Assembly: GCA_054600435.1 (NCBI GenBank)
Contig: BAAIJX010000025.1
Location: forward strand, 1 to 64,000
Length of the DNA stretch: 64,000 bases
From: Neophaeotheca triangularis
Taxonomy: Eukaryota
Reading direction: 5' to 3'
Part shown: one piece after another, positions 24,406-36,622 of the stretch
How the letters are laid out: each line of letters starts with the position of its first letter
Numbering within the stretch: the first letter of the stretch is position 1
Notes under the pieces: generated by a model
Databases searched by the model: none
The model's input: the letters and a program-made list of their open reading frames with translations, nothing else
What the model was told of the DNA's origin: nothing
Made by a program: the position numbers and the translations under genes

Positions 24406-25136
24406 ACGTATCGCATGGTACGTTTGCATGGTTGTGGCTATGCTCAAACGGTGGTGGAAATAGGAGAAGAAAGGCATCAGCTATTAGCAGCGACACTCAC
24501 GCGGGGAACGGCTTGCGCCTGGTCCCTATGGTTCTACGTAGTCGCATAGCAGAGCAATGCCAAGATACTGTCTCAAATGCACTGCTAGAACCAAATATGC
24601 ATTCATGTTCTCGTCCCAAGAAGTGACTTATATTGTTTCTGAGACACACGGCTCGAACTCCTACCATTCCTTATCGGTCTCGTGCAGTGAACATTTCCTG
24701 GTCGATGCGACATCGTGTTTATGGTGCACTCAAGCTACCTACATTTGGCAGAAACAGAAAGATTGAGATGTGTGACCAAGGTGCTGTGTCATTACTATGC
24801 AGTCATTGAGACTGGGATTAATGCAACTTTGGTGCCTAAGGCATGAATAATGCCTAGCCCAGTTTGGAAGTGACGTTTGTCTCACCAATGAAAGTGGCAT
24901 TGGATCTTTGATTATTGTTATTACCCCTACCTTGCCTTCTCCGACTCTTCTTCTCTACACCCTTTTCCTTCCCTTCTATCTCTCACCAAACCCGTAACCC
25001 AAGGACGACGAACGTTTCTCTCTTAAATCACGCGCGCGCACGACTGCAAAGCCACTTGCTCGCCAGCGAACCCAAGCGAGCGCTCTTGTCACTACTTCTA
25101 GCCTCTGCGGCAAACAACACTCCATAAATCGAAGAC

Positions 25137-25970
25137 ATGGCCACTCGCGCCGCCCACAAACGCCTGACCCGCGAATACGCCGCCCTCTCGACCAACCCAC
25201 CTCCATACATCTCCGCCCATCCAAGCGAAACCAACATTCTCGAATGGCACTATGTCCTCACCGGCCCACCCCAAACCCCCTATGAAGGCGGCCAGTACTG
25301 GGGCACTCTCGTTTTCCCACCCGACTACCCTTTCGCACCACCAGCAATCCGTATGCACACCCCCAGCGGCCGTTTCCAACCTTCCACCCGTCTCTGTCTC
25401 AGCATCTCCGACTTCCACCCCAAAAGCTTCAACCCAGCCTGGGAAGTCAGCACAATCTTGATCGGCGTGCTCAGTTTCATGACGAGCGAGGAGATTACTA
25501 CTGGCAGTTTGTCGGCTACCGACGCTGAGCGCAAGGCCTACTCGCAAAGGACGAGGTGGTGGAACAGCACAGGTGGAGGCTCAACGCAGAGGACTTTGAA
25601 CGGTCAAGGTGCGCAAGACAGCAACGCCAAAGGGTTCGGAGGCATCAAGGCAGGTGATGGCGGCAAGAGGTTCAAGGAGGAGTGGCCCGAGTTGGATGAG
25701 GAAAACTGGAAGTGGATGGAGAAAGAGAGGATTGACCCCCAGACTGGGAGGAGCTTGGTGGCCAAACCATCTGTGCAGCAGAACTGCGCTGGAGATGCTG
25801 CCTCGCTAGGCAGGAGGCCGAGCGGAAGTGCGGGTGTAGTGGAAGGGGCACAGGCTGCTAGGGATGTTGGGCAAGGCTGGTTTGGAAGAAACAAGTTGTA
25901 CCTCATCGCTGGCGTCGTGTTCGCCTATGTGCTTGTCGCGAGGATGATGAGCGATCAGAGTTCAGCGTAA
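25137..25970 (+). CDS. UBC6: Tail-anchored ubiquitin-conjugating enzyme E2 (Ubc6/UBE2J2)
   Basis: AHKRLTREY, NILEWHY, TPSGRF..TRLCLSISDFHP, C-terminal TM LYLIAGVVFAYVLVA. Confidence 0.95.
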   Translation: MATRAAHKRLTREYAALSTNPPPYISAHPSETNILEWHYVLTGPPQTPYEGGQYWGTLVFPPDYPFAPPAIRMHTPSGRFQPSTRLCLSISDFHPKSFNPAWEVSTILIGVLSFMTSEEITTGSLSATDAERKAYSQRTRWWNSTGGGSTQRTLNGQGAQDSNAKGFGGIKAGDGGKRFKEEWPELDEENWKWMEKERIDPQTGRSLVAKPSVQQNCAGDAASLGRRPSGSAGVVEGAQAARDVGQGWFGRNKLYLIAGVVFAYVLVARMMSDQSSA

Positions 25971-28118
25971 GAGTATGGCACAAAGGATGAGCGAGCAGCA
26001 TGTGCGATTTAGCGAGGCGTCCACGGTCTACGGTCTGCAACGAGCCTTATGATCGGCCGTTGATTCAGGAAGCGATTACGCGATTATGAAGAGCTTGATA
26101 GTCAATCGATTTGTTGAGGCTTTTTTCCACGAATATGTTTTTTCCGAGACGGTCTTTCGGCTTTCACGAGATTTCCACTTGGTCTGGATACGCCGGACGT
26201 GTGGCTTGAGTACCTGCTATCCCCGTGGCCCTGCTCACGCCCGTGGCCCCTGTCCAGTGTCCATAATTTGTGGTTGGTTTGAGGCCTTCTGCACTGCTAT
26301 CGAATCACTCAGGACACCCTGGCGCAGCTGGAGCGGAGAGACCGGCGTACTCGTCTGACGTATCGATCTCGTACTGCGGTAGACGTCGCTATTCAGGCAC
26401 CACTTGACCACGACATGTTAAACGTCTCAGCCACGCCCTTTTTAGCCTGCGATACACGAAGCTCTTGGGTTGACTCAATGGACTTGGGTTGAAAGCCATG
26501 TCCGAATCCTTGCCAAGGAGCTCGTGCCTTGCAGGTATGCGTAAGCAATACATGCCGTGACCACGAGGTAAGTTCAACTACCTGTACACGTCCAAGATGA
26601 CCTTTTAGATCAACCTTCGTCTCGCTCCCGGTCTCTTCGAGGTACCGTCGGAACCTCAGGTGGGACAAACTGCACCCCACAAGCCATGGTGCATCCACGT
26701 TGTCGCCATGGCCGGGTATAGCTTCCGCACGGTACCCACTCATCATGGACAACAACCCATGTGACGCGCGAAGATGCTTAACACAGGCTCGTGCTGCTGT
26801 CCCAGCCTTCTTTTAGAAACGCTGAGATCTGGCCACTCGTTCAAAACACATTCTGGCTTGCTCGATCAGCCGTTGGCGTCTTCAGCCTTTCGAACCGAGC
26901 CAGCCTCGACGCTTCGTGACTGATGCTGACAATCGATTTGCAGACGCAAAGCTCCTACTGCTTACGCTTCCAATGATTGCACTGTTTAGAAATCTGATCC
27001 TGAAGCGGGCACATCACATGCCCTGCGGTAACATGTCTTCCTAGTACCTGCCGCCAGTCGCCTCGTTAGGACCGCGGGAGGTACATGGATATCCTTTGGA
27101 TCCTGTCGGTAAATCGCAGGCATAGGTTGTCGTCGCCATCTAAATTTTTTCGACATGTGGTTGTTATCTTAGGTTGGGGCACTGTGCTGGATGAACTGTA
27201 GATCGTTGGAGGCCTTCAGATATGCCTAAAACGACTGCTTCAGGGCTACTTGTCTCTGCTGTCTTTGGACAGCGCATCCCATACAGCGCCCAGGAACGGA
27301 TGCTGTGATACCATGCATGGTTGCTCTTCCCGACACTGGAGTCGTTTCATAGAGGCGTGGGCCCCTTGTCCCTACTGCATTCACGCATTCAGCGCGTTGC
27401 AGGGGAGCGATAATCTGCACTGCAATGCACGTCGTTCGCCTCCCAACACTACGGGAGGATGTATGCGCAGAGCTTGGTATCTATACTTTCTTCCGAGGGA
27501 GCATCTCTCTTGGCCGAGCTCTGATCCACGGCAAAGCGTTCGTAGCGAATTCTCCAAGGACGCAACCCTGCACTTACCAGGCACGATATGTCAACCTCCG
27601 ATATCGTGCATGTCAGCGTCGAGCAGCAGCACTCAAAAGTCACTGATGCAGGAACTCTTACGTATCGACGACGTCTGTGGCCTTTTCGAGGGAGAGAATC
27701 TCACTGACTACTTCTCGTGGCCTACATTTCTGTTGTCGACGTACATCGTTCTGGCTACACGGCCAAAAGACAGTTTAATCATTCCAGGCTGCTATTGGCG
27801 AAGACGTCTTGCTGCAACGATATGCAACACGACCGAAGATCAGAACAATTCCCGTGTGCGCCGCGCCATCTTCTGCTTGTTGTTCGGCGGTCATTAGACC
27901 TCGCAATAGATTCTCGCCCCTTTGAAGGGCAACATCGGCGAACTAGGCAATTCCCTGGGAAAAACATATATACTTGCTCCCTTGCACCCAGCAGCTCTTC
28001 CAACACTTCCAGAAACCAACACTCAAGGCCATCACCATCGCTAGTCCACTCGCTTACTAGCCCTCCAAAGTCATACAGTCGTCTCACAGCTCATACCACC
28101 CCCATTTCATCAGTAGCT

Positions 28119-29621
28119 ATGCGTTTCTCCAGCATCGTCACCGGCCTCTGCGTCATTGCAGTCGGCGTCCAGGCCTTCCCGGCCGAGACAGACTACAAGG
28201 ACAAGCCGGCCAGCACAGCCAAAGACAACGACCATGACGGAAACCCTGGGGGCAACCCTGGTGGCAACCCTAGCGGAACGCCTGGCGGCAACCCGGGAGA
28301 GGAGTGTCCCACCAAGACGGAGTTCATCACCACAAGTGGAGGGACCGTCACTCAGGCTGTCACGTAAGTGCAACTGATCCTGCTTTTAGTCATTACAGTC
28401 TCCTCGGCCTCTTGGAGCCTGTCCACCCTTTATGAGCTATAGCTCAGTTGTGCTCCCTTCTATTGGGAGTACCACTAGTCGTTGCTCATATTCCACGAGC
28501 TCTTTACTGACAAGCTGTCAGCGTCACGGAAGGCGGGCAATGCCCAACTTCGGAAGCTTGCCCTGTCAACCCCGGGGTCAGCGTCACGGTGACCGAGACA
28601 GAGCAGGGCACTTGTCCCACATCCGAGGCCTGTCCCGTCAACCCAGGAGCCAGCGTTACGGTGGTTGAGACGGAGCAAGGAAGCTGCCCAACTTCCGAGG
28701 CTTGCCCAGTCAACCCAGGCGCGACCACTACTGTCTTCAGAACTGAGCAGGGATCTTGTCCTACTTCTGAAGCCTGTCCCGTAAACCCAGGAGCAACCAC
28801 CACCGTCACCCAGACCGAGGAAGGAGCTTGCCCTACCGATGCTTGCCCAGTCAACCCCCCGAGTACTGCCACCGTGACTGAGACCATTTCAGGTGAAGTC
28901 GAGACTGTAACCAGTACAGAGCAAGGGGTCTGCCCGACCTCTGAGGAGTGCCCAGACGCCCCTGCACAAACGACTACAGTCACTCAGACCGAGACCGAGA
29001 CTGTCGCTGGTGGAGAGCCGACCGCCATCTCCAGCTGCACTGCTACGGAGACGTCGACTACGACGAGATACCGGGTACGTTGTTCCATGCGCTTCCGAGC
29101 TCGAACCATTCCCAGCGTAGTAACGAAACGTTCAAATCCGAATCACAACCCCCAAATAGTACCAAACCAGATTGCTCCCGCTAACTCATTTCTCCCGCAG
29201 GGACAAGAGGGCACACGAATCAGATGGCGTACCGCCACGGTCACTCGCACCGAGAGGGCCGCCGACTGCCCCTCGCAACCTACGCCAACGCAAGGTCACC
29301 AGACGAACAACTGTGGCGACAACACTCGAGGCTACTGCTGCACGGGTAATGATGCTGGGAACTGCCAGGCTATGGGTGGGGTTTTTTGAGCAAAAACTTG
29401 ACCTCGAGATCGAGACGGCTGACGCTTCACTAGATGGTTCGAAACGCATGTGCAATGGGAACGTTGTCTGCTGCAACGGCAAGGATGTAAGTTCCTGTCG
29501 ACCCTAGTTTGAAACTGCACTTACTAACTGGGAACAGTCTCTTCACACTTGTATGCGTGGTATCGCCGTCGGTGGCGGCCACAAAGGGGGCTGGAGCCGT
29601 AAGGGTGATGGATACAACTGA
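28119..29621 (+). CDS. Secreted repeat protein with C-terminal hydrophobin-like 8-Cys domain (5 exons)
   Basis: Signal peptide MRFSSIVTGLCVIAVGVQA; GNPG repeats; CPTSEACPVNPG repeats; introns 28364-28521, 29075-29200, 29376-29433 and 29487-29537 keep the frame and give C-X7-CC-X7-C-X9-C-X5-CC-X8-C. Confidence 0.8.
28530..28960 (+). repeat. Coding tandem repeat, ~72-bp (24-aa) unit, 5 copies plus 1 degenerate
   Basis: Repeated TEQGxCPTSEACPVNPGAxxTV units. Confidence 0.9.
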
Positions 29622-29899
29622 TGCAGCAATTGCGCCACGGCAGAAACCGGAAAAGTCTTGATGTGCGACGTTTAGGGTACAACAAACACACTCATTTGGC
29701 CAAGGACTTGATTGATGAATTAGCTAGCTAGCATTCTCCTAATGCTCCTAATGTACCATGGGCACAGTAGTGCAGGCATGGCCTCCAAAAAGAGTCCCGT
29801 GTACCTTCCCTTTCAGTGATGCTTCTGTCTGGCCGTGAAAGCTTGCGCCTATTTCACAATAATCTCGAGATCTGGCCGAATAGGTAAGTCTCGCTGATC

Positions 29900-31435
29900 G
29901 AACTACTGAGCGAGCTCGGTGATGAGCCTAGCATCGATGGGATCATAAAGATCCAGCAGCGTAGCACCGGGGGCTGGCGCTCTCGTACGTCAGCAAAGCC
30001 AATTGTCGATCGGTTAGTGGCGAACCACTGATGACTTGTCGTGATGCTGCGGTGTCGACAAGTGTTTTACTGATGGCTTGTTCGAGAACCTAAGACCAGC
30101 GACGTGAGCTTGTGTCGTCACCAAGATGTTGTAGTCCTTTAAACCAGAGACGAAGTGGTCTCTTAGGGCACCGTCTACATCTGTCGAGGCATCACCGGCA
30201 TGGATCTCAACCCACTTCCATCCGTATTCTTCGTCTCTGCATTTCCCCTTGAGCGCTGTGACGAGCCACTCGCAGAATTCCCTCCGGCCACACACGAAGA
30301 GAAACAAATCGTGGTCGGATGAAAGATCTTGCCGGTGTCGCAGTGTAGAGAGACAATGCTTAAGAGAGAGGAGGCGAGGGCGAGTGGCAATCCATTGCGT
30401 ATCGTGGAACCTCTTGGCTAGCGAAGGGAGATACTTCTCATTCCGTTCCTCATCTGCAACATCAACCAAAGCATGCGAAGTGCTGAAAGTCTCGTCGACC
30501 TTCAGAGTCGTTTCGAGCTTCCAGAACAGCCCGGAACCTCGCCCTGGTAGAGCAGTGCGGCAATCTGTCGCTCAATATCGTCCGAGACGCCGGACAAATG
30601 ACGATGAAAGAGCCACCCAGGGGTTCGGAAGCTAGAACGTACATCGTCTCACACACTTTTTTATGGCGGGATTGCTTCTGCTCAGTGATTGCTTGACCTC
30701 GTCCGTGATGAAACACTGAACGCTTTCCAGGTTGAGGACTTTAGAGCGTGAGAGTTGAACCAGGCGTCCTGCGGTGGCCACGACAGCATCGACAGGCTTA
30801 TAGCGACCGTGGGAATACTTTCGGGCCAAGATTTACGTCGCTCTGGGCTACCGTAGGCGCCCTGGAGCACTGACGGGACATTATCACGGGGTGCTTGGGT
30901 TTAGGCGTGCTAGGATGGCGTCGAGGTATTCTGCGGCTTGACACCAACCATGAGGGCGGCGGTTGGTTTTCCAACGCTGTGGGAGCCGGGAATGATGGCG
31001 GAATACCGTGAGCCAATCCTGGAGGTAGACGCTTGGGTGAGCTTGCTCTGGATCGGCCGTGGTGTGGGACCAACCTCGTCCATGATGGTGAAGAGTTCCC
31101 TTTCCAGCTACAGCGAGCCCCAGGTGCGTGAGTATGAGTTGATTCCCTCCAAAAAACACTGCCTTGATAGGCTCCTTCCTGGTGGGGCCAGCGTCCTTCA
31201 CTGTGGCGGCCACGGGGGAGTTTCGTTCGTGGACGTGATCGCCATCCAAATCGTGCTTCTTATTTGCGCTGGTACTCAGCAAGAAACGACGGATCGTCTC
31301 ACACAGTGGTTTAGGTGCGTACGATGCAGTGACGTCCGGTCTCGTAAAATCAAGTGCTGCAAATGGGGCGAGAACGACGACAGCACCAACGCCAGCGCAT
31401 GCCGTGCTTATCGATGAGACCCAGTTGTTGAGCAT
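29900..31435 (-). pseudogene. Degenerate DEAD-box RNA helicase
   Basis: Broken across frames: Q-motif-like TWGSL*LERELF...PTPRPIQ, eroded motif I SVGKPTAA, VVATAGRL..LNLESVQCFITDEV, C-terminal VEIHAGD...HFVSG...NILVTTQ..AGLRF; stops and frameshifts; boundaries approximate. Confidence 0.7.
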
Positions 31436-32104
31436 TTTGAGGAGCGCGCATATTCGGCAGGGAATTGTTGAAAGGTCCTACCACCTTCCGGGGCCTTCAT
31501 GGCAATCTGGCGGCAGTGTGTGGAACCACTTGGGCCGTCCACTTACCCTCTAAGATCGGTAGCAGTGCCGCCAGGTTTCTGTGCAGATCGCTTGCGCTGA
31601 AGGCGACGTTTCGAGAGCGAAATAATCGATGTCGAAGAATGTGGCGCTAACCCGTGGCCAATGAAACCCGCAATCTGAATCAAATTATGAGCCTGGCGTG
31701 GTATGTGAATGGTTGTGGTTGTGAGGCTCGCAAAGCTCGAAGGAAGGCGGGTCCTAGATACGCCCCACCGTCAAGACGACAAGTTAAGAGAGTACAAGCC
31801 GTGAAGAGCTTGAAACAGCTTGAAAAAGGGGGTAATCCTTGCATATACCAAGTTAGTAGATGGACGTAGTGAAGTTCAGACGCACCGAGATGAGTAAGCC
31901 GGGCGGTGGCATCTGAAGCACGTGATACCGCGGCAGAAAGCGACCGATGACATATTCACGATAGCAGCTTCCAGAAACGCGTCGCCTCTAAGTGTGTACA
32001 GGTGAGTATTCCATCAGTACAGACATGGCACCGATCAAGTTCTCTAACGACGATACCACGCAGTGCTTCGGGGCCACTCAGCCACGACTCCAAGTTCTGC
32101 CGCC

Positions 32105-34480
32105 ATGACAAACCCAGCAGCGGAGCCGCCATCGCTGAAATGGTCGGCCCAATTCACCATCCCGCCATCGCCTCGAAGTAGAACACTTCCCGGCGATAAG
32201 ATCCTCCTACCACCCACCGCACTAGAACAGCTCCTCTCAGCCTCAGCGAACGTAGCCGCCGAAAAAGCGAGATCGGATCTACCCCAGTACGACCCTTACA
32301 ACTCCGCAACCTACTCCGCCTACAGACAGGCCGAGTCGCAGTATGAGGATCAAAGACACCAGCTCCCTTACCCGCTTACATTTCGCTTGGTAAATCCTGA
32401 GAATGGCAAGGCTTTGTATGCGGGCATTCGCGAGTTCTCAGCTGAAGAAGGGGAGGCTGTGTTGAGTCCTTTTATTCAAGAATCCCTGGGGTTAACTCAG
32501 GACGGAATTACTGAGGAAGATGGCGCTATGGCTATAGATAAGGATGGAAAGTCCAGCGAGCGGCCGCAAGGACCGACCATCACTATACACGCGAAGCAGC
32601 TTCCGAAGGGAACGTTTGTCAAACTACGGCCCCTGGAGGCAGGTTACGATCCCGAGGACTGGAAAGCGTTGCTGGAACAACATATGCGGCAGAATTACAC
32701 TACTTTGACCAACGGGGAGGTACTGGTAGTTCCCGCGGGCCGTGGGATAGATGGTAAGAAAGAGGAGTATCGATTCTTGGTTGATGGCTTTAAGCCGGAG
32801 ACAGATGGGGTTTGTGTTGTGGATACGGACATTGAGGTTGACATTGAGGCGCTTAACGAAGATCAAGCTCGGGAGACTATGAAACGGATAGCCGCGAAGT
32901 TGACAAAGATGCCAGGGAGTGAGCAGGGGAGCTCGCCGGACGGAGAACTGGATCTATTTGGGGAGCAACGGGGTCAGGTGTTGCCGGGGGAATATGTCGA
33001 CTACCAGTTGCCGTCTTGGAATCGGGCCCAGCCGGTCGAGTTTGAGCTTAACGCCGAGGACGACGAGGATGAGATAGATCTGTTCGTGAACCCTTTTTCC
33101 GCGACCCAGCGAGCGAAGCCAAGAGTCGACGAACATGTCTTCGCGGACCTCGATGGCCGGCCTCGGAAGCGAATACGCCTGGAACCTACCAACGTTGAGC
33201 TTGAGAACGCCGAAGCTCTATTCGTATCAGTGCATGCGTTTTCCCCCACAGTGCATACAAACGGCCACACAGATGATTCCAAGCAGTCCATGCCAAGGCA
33301 CTTCACGCTCCGCGCATCTCATCCAGAGCCAGCGACATCCTCCGCGCAGAACGACGAGTCACAGACCGAAGAACCTCCGAATCCGGACGAGGTACGTTGC
33401 AAGAATTGCCAGCAATGGGTACCTCAGCGCACGCTCATGCTCCACGAGAACTTCTGCCTTCGCAACAACGTCCTTTGCCCTCACGGCTGCGGTCAAGTCT
33501 TCCAAAAGCGGTCTCCCAAGCACGAACAGCACTGGCACTGTCCCCACGATACCTTTCACGGCAACACCATTCTTTCACAAGAGAAACATAACAAGCTCTA
33601 CCACCCACTTTCCCCCCTGCACTGCGGCGACTGTAGCACAGCGCAAGACTTCACCTCCATCCCACTCCTGGCCCACCACCGCACAACAACCTGCCCCGCG
33701 AAAATCATCCTCTGCCGCTTCTGCCACCTCGAAGTCCCTCAAGAAGGCGACCCAGACGTCCCAAACCCAGAAGCCTTGCTCTCGGGCATGACGCCGCACG
33801 AACTAGCCGACGGCGCACGAACAACGGAATGCCACCTCTGCTCCAAGATTGTACGTCTTCGGGACATGGAAACGCACCTCAGGAACCACGACCTGGACCG
33901 GCTTTCCCGCCCACCGCCGCAACCCTGCCGTAACGTTAATTGCGGCCGGACGGTGGACGTGTGCTCCAAATCTGGGGACACGAGAGCAGGCACGCGGATG
34001 GGTCAGGGACCAGGCAACGACATCGGCCTGTGTAGCTCCTGCTTCGGGCCGTTGTATGTCTCGCTCTACGATCCCGAGAACAAGGCTCTGCGGCGACGGA
34101 TAGAGAGGCGATATTTGCAGCAGCTTCTCACGGGTTGCGGCAAGAGCTGGTGCAGGAATGAGTTTTGCAAAGCCGGGCGGAAGAATTTGGGGGTCGGCGG
34201 GGATGTCACCACTAAAGACGCGTTGCCAATGGTCAAGCCGTTCTTGGAGGGCATGGCTAAGGGGCAAGCTACGCCTTTGCATTTCTGCGTCGATGAGAGT
34301 AGCCAGAAGCGGCGAATGTTGGCTGAGATGATGGCGGCGGAGGACGGAGGACCGTTCGGAAAAGGCGGGTACGAGCTTGAGTGGTGTGTCGGTGCGCTTG
34401 AGGCGGAGGGCGGAGACTTGGATGCCGCGAGAGGTTGGTTGAAGAACTGGGCGCCGGCAAAGGCCGAGGGTGGAAGATGA
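32105..34480 (+). CDS. UFD1-domain protein with zinc fingers and AZUL-like zinc domain
   Basis: GDKILLPPTALEQL, YAGIREFSAEEG, LPKGTFVKLRP (UFD1); CKNC..HENFC and CHLC..H fingers; RYLQQLLTGCGKSWCRNEFC (AZUL-like). Confidence 0.88.
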   Translation: MTNPAAEPPSLKWSAQFTIPPSPRSRTLPGDKILLPPTALEQLLSASANVAAEKARSDLPQYDPYNSATYSAYRQAESQYEDQRHQLPYPLTFRLVNPENGKALYAGIREFSAEEGEAVLSPFIQESLGLTQDGITEEDGAMAIDKDGKSSERPQGPTITIHAKQLPKGTFVKLRPLEAGYDPEDWKALLEQHMRQNYTTLTNGEVLVVPAGRGIDGKKEEYRFLVDGFKPETDGVCVVDTDIEVDIEALNEDQARETMKRIAAKLTKMPGSEQGSSPDGELDLFGEQRGQVLPGEYVDYQLPSWNRAQPVEFELNAEDDEDEIDLFVNPFSATQRAKPRVDEHVFADLDGRPRKRIRLEPTNVELENAEALFVSVHAFSPTVHTNGHTDDSKQSMPRHFTLRASHPEPATSSAQNDESQTEEPPNPDEVRCKNCQQWVPQRTLMLHENFCLRNNVLCPHGCGQVFQKRSPKHEQHWHCPHDTFHGNTILSQEKHNKLYHPLSPLHCGDCSTAQDFTSIPLLAHHRTTTCPAKIILCRFCHLEVPQEGDPDVPNPEALLSGMTPHELADGARTTECHLCSKIVRLRDMETHLRNHDLDRLSRPPPQPCRNVNCGRTVDVCSKSGDTRAGTRMGQGPGNDIGLCSSCFGPLYVSLYDPENKALRRRIERRYLQQLLTGCGKSWCRNEFCKAGRKNLGVGGDVTTKDALPMVKPFLEGMAKGQATPLHFCVDESSQKRRMLAEMMAAEDGGPFGKGGYELEWCVGALEAEGGDLDAARGWLKNWAPAKAEGGR

Positions 34481-34521
34481 AGTTCGATGTCATTCCATAG
34501 CCGGCCATGGAAAGCCTTCGC

Positions 34522-36057
34522 CTATGTTCCATTGACCTGAATTCCCCCTTCCACATTCCGTGACCACCATTCTTGCCAATCAACTACTTTCTTAGTAAGA
34601 CGTGCTTCCTCCGCCGCGAAAACCACGGCATGCGATCGAATGACCTCTTCCAACGTACACCCCATAAACTCCCGCTGAGCCTGCTCGACAGCCATCCCAT
34701 CGTTTTTCACAGCCCCGACCGCCCTCACAAACTGCGTCGCAAGCCCGTCGTCCCCGCCACCATGATGCGAACTCCCAGGCACCTCCGGCTTGAACGTCTC
34801 AGTCGAGCCATGAGTAAAATCATGCACGGTGATGCTCTTGCTATCATAGCTGATCTCGCCAGTAGAGCCGTAGACTCTCCCTCGTCTCTCGCACTGCGCA
34901 AGAGAGTGTGCTATCATGTGGAACGTCGCCGTCTTGGCCCGCCGAACCAACGGCATGCCAGCAGGCGTCGGAGAATCCTCCCATTCAAACGTCACATACT
35001 GGTCGTCCAAGACGTCGTTGTCGGCTTCCCAGACACATCGACCATACCACGGTCGCGCTTCGATTTCTGCTTGGGGTGTCTCGCCGACAGTGTAGTCTTC
35101 GGCTAGTGTTTCGAAGAGTTTGGCTTTCGCGGCCTCAGGGTTGTGATGGAGATAGAGGTCTTCGACTTCGGGGTTGACGATGTGCACCGGCCAGGCGGCT
35201 TTGCCCTGGGCCAGGTGTCGGTCGTGGTAAATGCGGGGCGCGGAATAGATGCAGGTTTCCTCGAGGGGGCAAGAGAGGCAGTTGGTGGCTTCGCCGGCTG
35301 CAAGGGGCTTACGGGATTTTTTGAAGAGCTTGAGGGAGCCGGTCGAGGATATGCTGCTGGGAAGGTGCGGTGGGGATTCTCCATCTGGAGTGACGGGTGA
35401 ACAAAGCAGCCAGAGGAGAAAGTCGATATCGTGACAACTCTTGGTAAGTAGACTTGGTGCGGTCTTTGACTCCTTGCGCCAGTTACCGCGGACGTATGAA
35501 TGACTGAAATGCCACCAGCCTACGGGCTCTGTATGCTCTATGGAGATGATTTCGCCAATGACGCGTTCCTCGAGTAGGAGATGGCGGAGCATCATGTTGT
35601 GGGGGCTGTAGCGAAGGACATGGCCGATAGCGAAGACGGATCTAGGACCCTCGAGCACGGCATGTTGGATTCGAATACAGTCGGCTAGGGTTGTGGCCAG
35701 GGGCTTTTCGCACATGACGTGCAGACCCAGAGGTGCGAGTGCTGTCGCGACTTCAACATGCTGCTCGTCAAGGACGCAGATGAAGATCCCATCAATGGCA
35801 GGCGCTGTCGGGAGCGCAGCAGCTACATCTTTGCGCCGCCGTTGTTCGTACTCAAGAAACTGTTGCCAACCGGTGAATTCCTGCTCCGGCGACGGTTGCG
35901 CTTCTCGCCATATATATTTGGAGCCTAGTTGCTTGCGCTTGAAGGCGATTGGATCTGCCACTGCTGCTATCGCTCCCAGTCCGGAATCGACGACTGCTCG
36001 CGAATATGCATTGCCTCTAGAGCCCGCTCCAACGATGAGGAATCGTGGTCTCGCCAT
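34522..36057 (-). CDS. Gfo/Idh/MocA-family oxidoreductase (StrI-like)
   Basis: IVGAGSRG, HVMCEKPLA, GHVLRYSP, HSYVRGNWR, KSCHDID, HGGGD. Confidence 0.92.
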   Translation of the reverse strand: MARPRFLIVGAGSRGNAYSRAVVDSGLGAIAAVADPIAFKRKQLGSKYIWREAQPSPEQEFTGWQQFLEYEQRRRKDVAAALPTAPAIDGIFICVLDEQHVEVATALAPLGLHVMCEKPLATTLADCIRIQHAVLEGPRSVFAIGHVLRYSPHNMMLRHLLLEERVIGEIISIEHTEPVGWWHFSHSYVRGNWRKESKTAPSLLTKSCHDIDFLLWLLCSPVTPDGESPPHLPSSISSTGSLKLFKKSRKPLAAGEATNCLSCPLEETCIYSAPRIYHDRHLAQGKAAWPVHIVNPEVEDLYLHHNPEAAKAKLFETLAEDYTVGETPQAEIEARPWYGRCVWEADNDVLDDQYVTFEWEDSPTPAGMPLVRRAKTATFHMIAHSLAQCERRGRVYGSTGEISYDSKSITVHDFTHGSTETFKPEVPGSSHHGGGDDGLATQFVRAVGAVKNDGMAVEQAQREFMGCTLEEVIRSHAVVFAAEEARLTKKVVDWQEWWSRNVEGGIQVNGT

Positions 36058-36622
36058 GCTTCAAGAGGGAAAAGAAGGTACAGGGTCGATGCCTTCCTAC
36101 TGCTACTTGAACAACCCAGAATGTGGTGATTTGTTCGCCTCAACCCGTCGACGAGGTCTGCATATTGAACTCGTCAGACTCTGGTCTCTCCGTCCCCTTT
36201 TGCTATGAGAATTACCATGTGGCAGTCAATGTACTATAAAAGGTAACGATTGGGACAACGAGCACATGTAAGGTACCTTACTGTAGGTCTTATCCAACGG
36301 TACCTTGCCTTGGTACAGGTAGGTAAGGTAGTTAAGTTAACGTTATCGCCGAAGCTGTACTTACTTAGGTCAGCAGTGCTGAGGTCGAGTTGATTGGCCC
36401 AAGCTTCCCGTCCTTTCAAGCCGTCTCAGCTTCCTTCGCCCTCTAACCTCGGCACTCCTCTCCATCAACGCGACTTCGGCTGTGGCAGTACTGGACATTC
36501 TGTACATCCCGACCAGACCGGTAGGTGGAACTCTTCATATTTGTTGGAGCTCTCCCTTCAGCATTCCAGCATAAGTCCAAGATCAATTTCACTTCCACTT
36601 CCAAGCATCTCACTTGGCAAAC

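Noticed and set aside
26086..27897. Several 60-215-aa ORFs between UBC6 and the repeat protein
   Set aside because: No recognisable domain or consistent exon chain.
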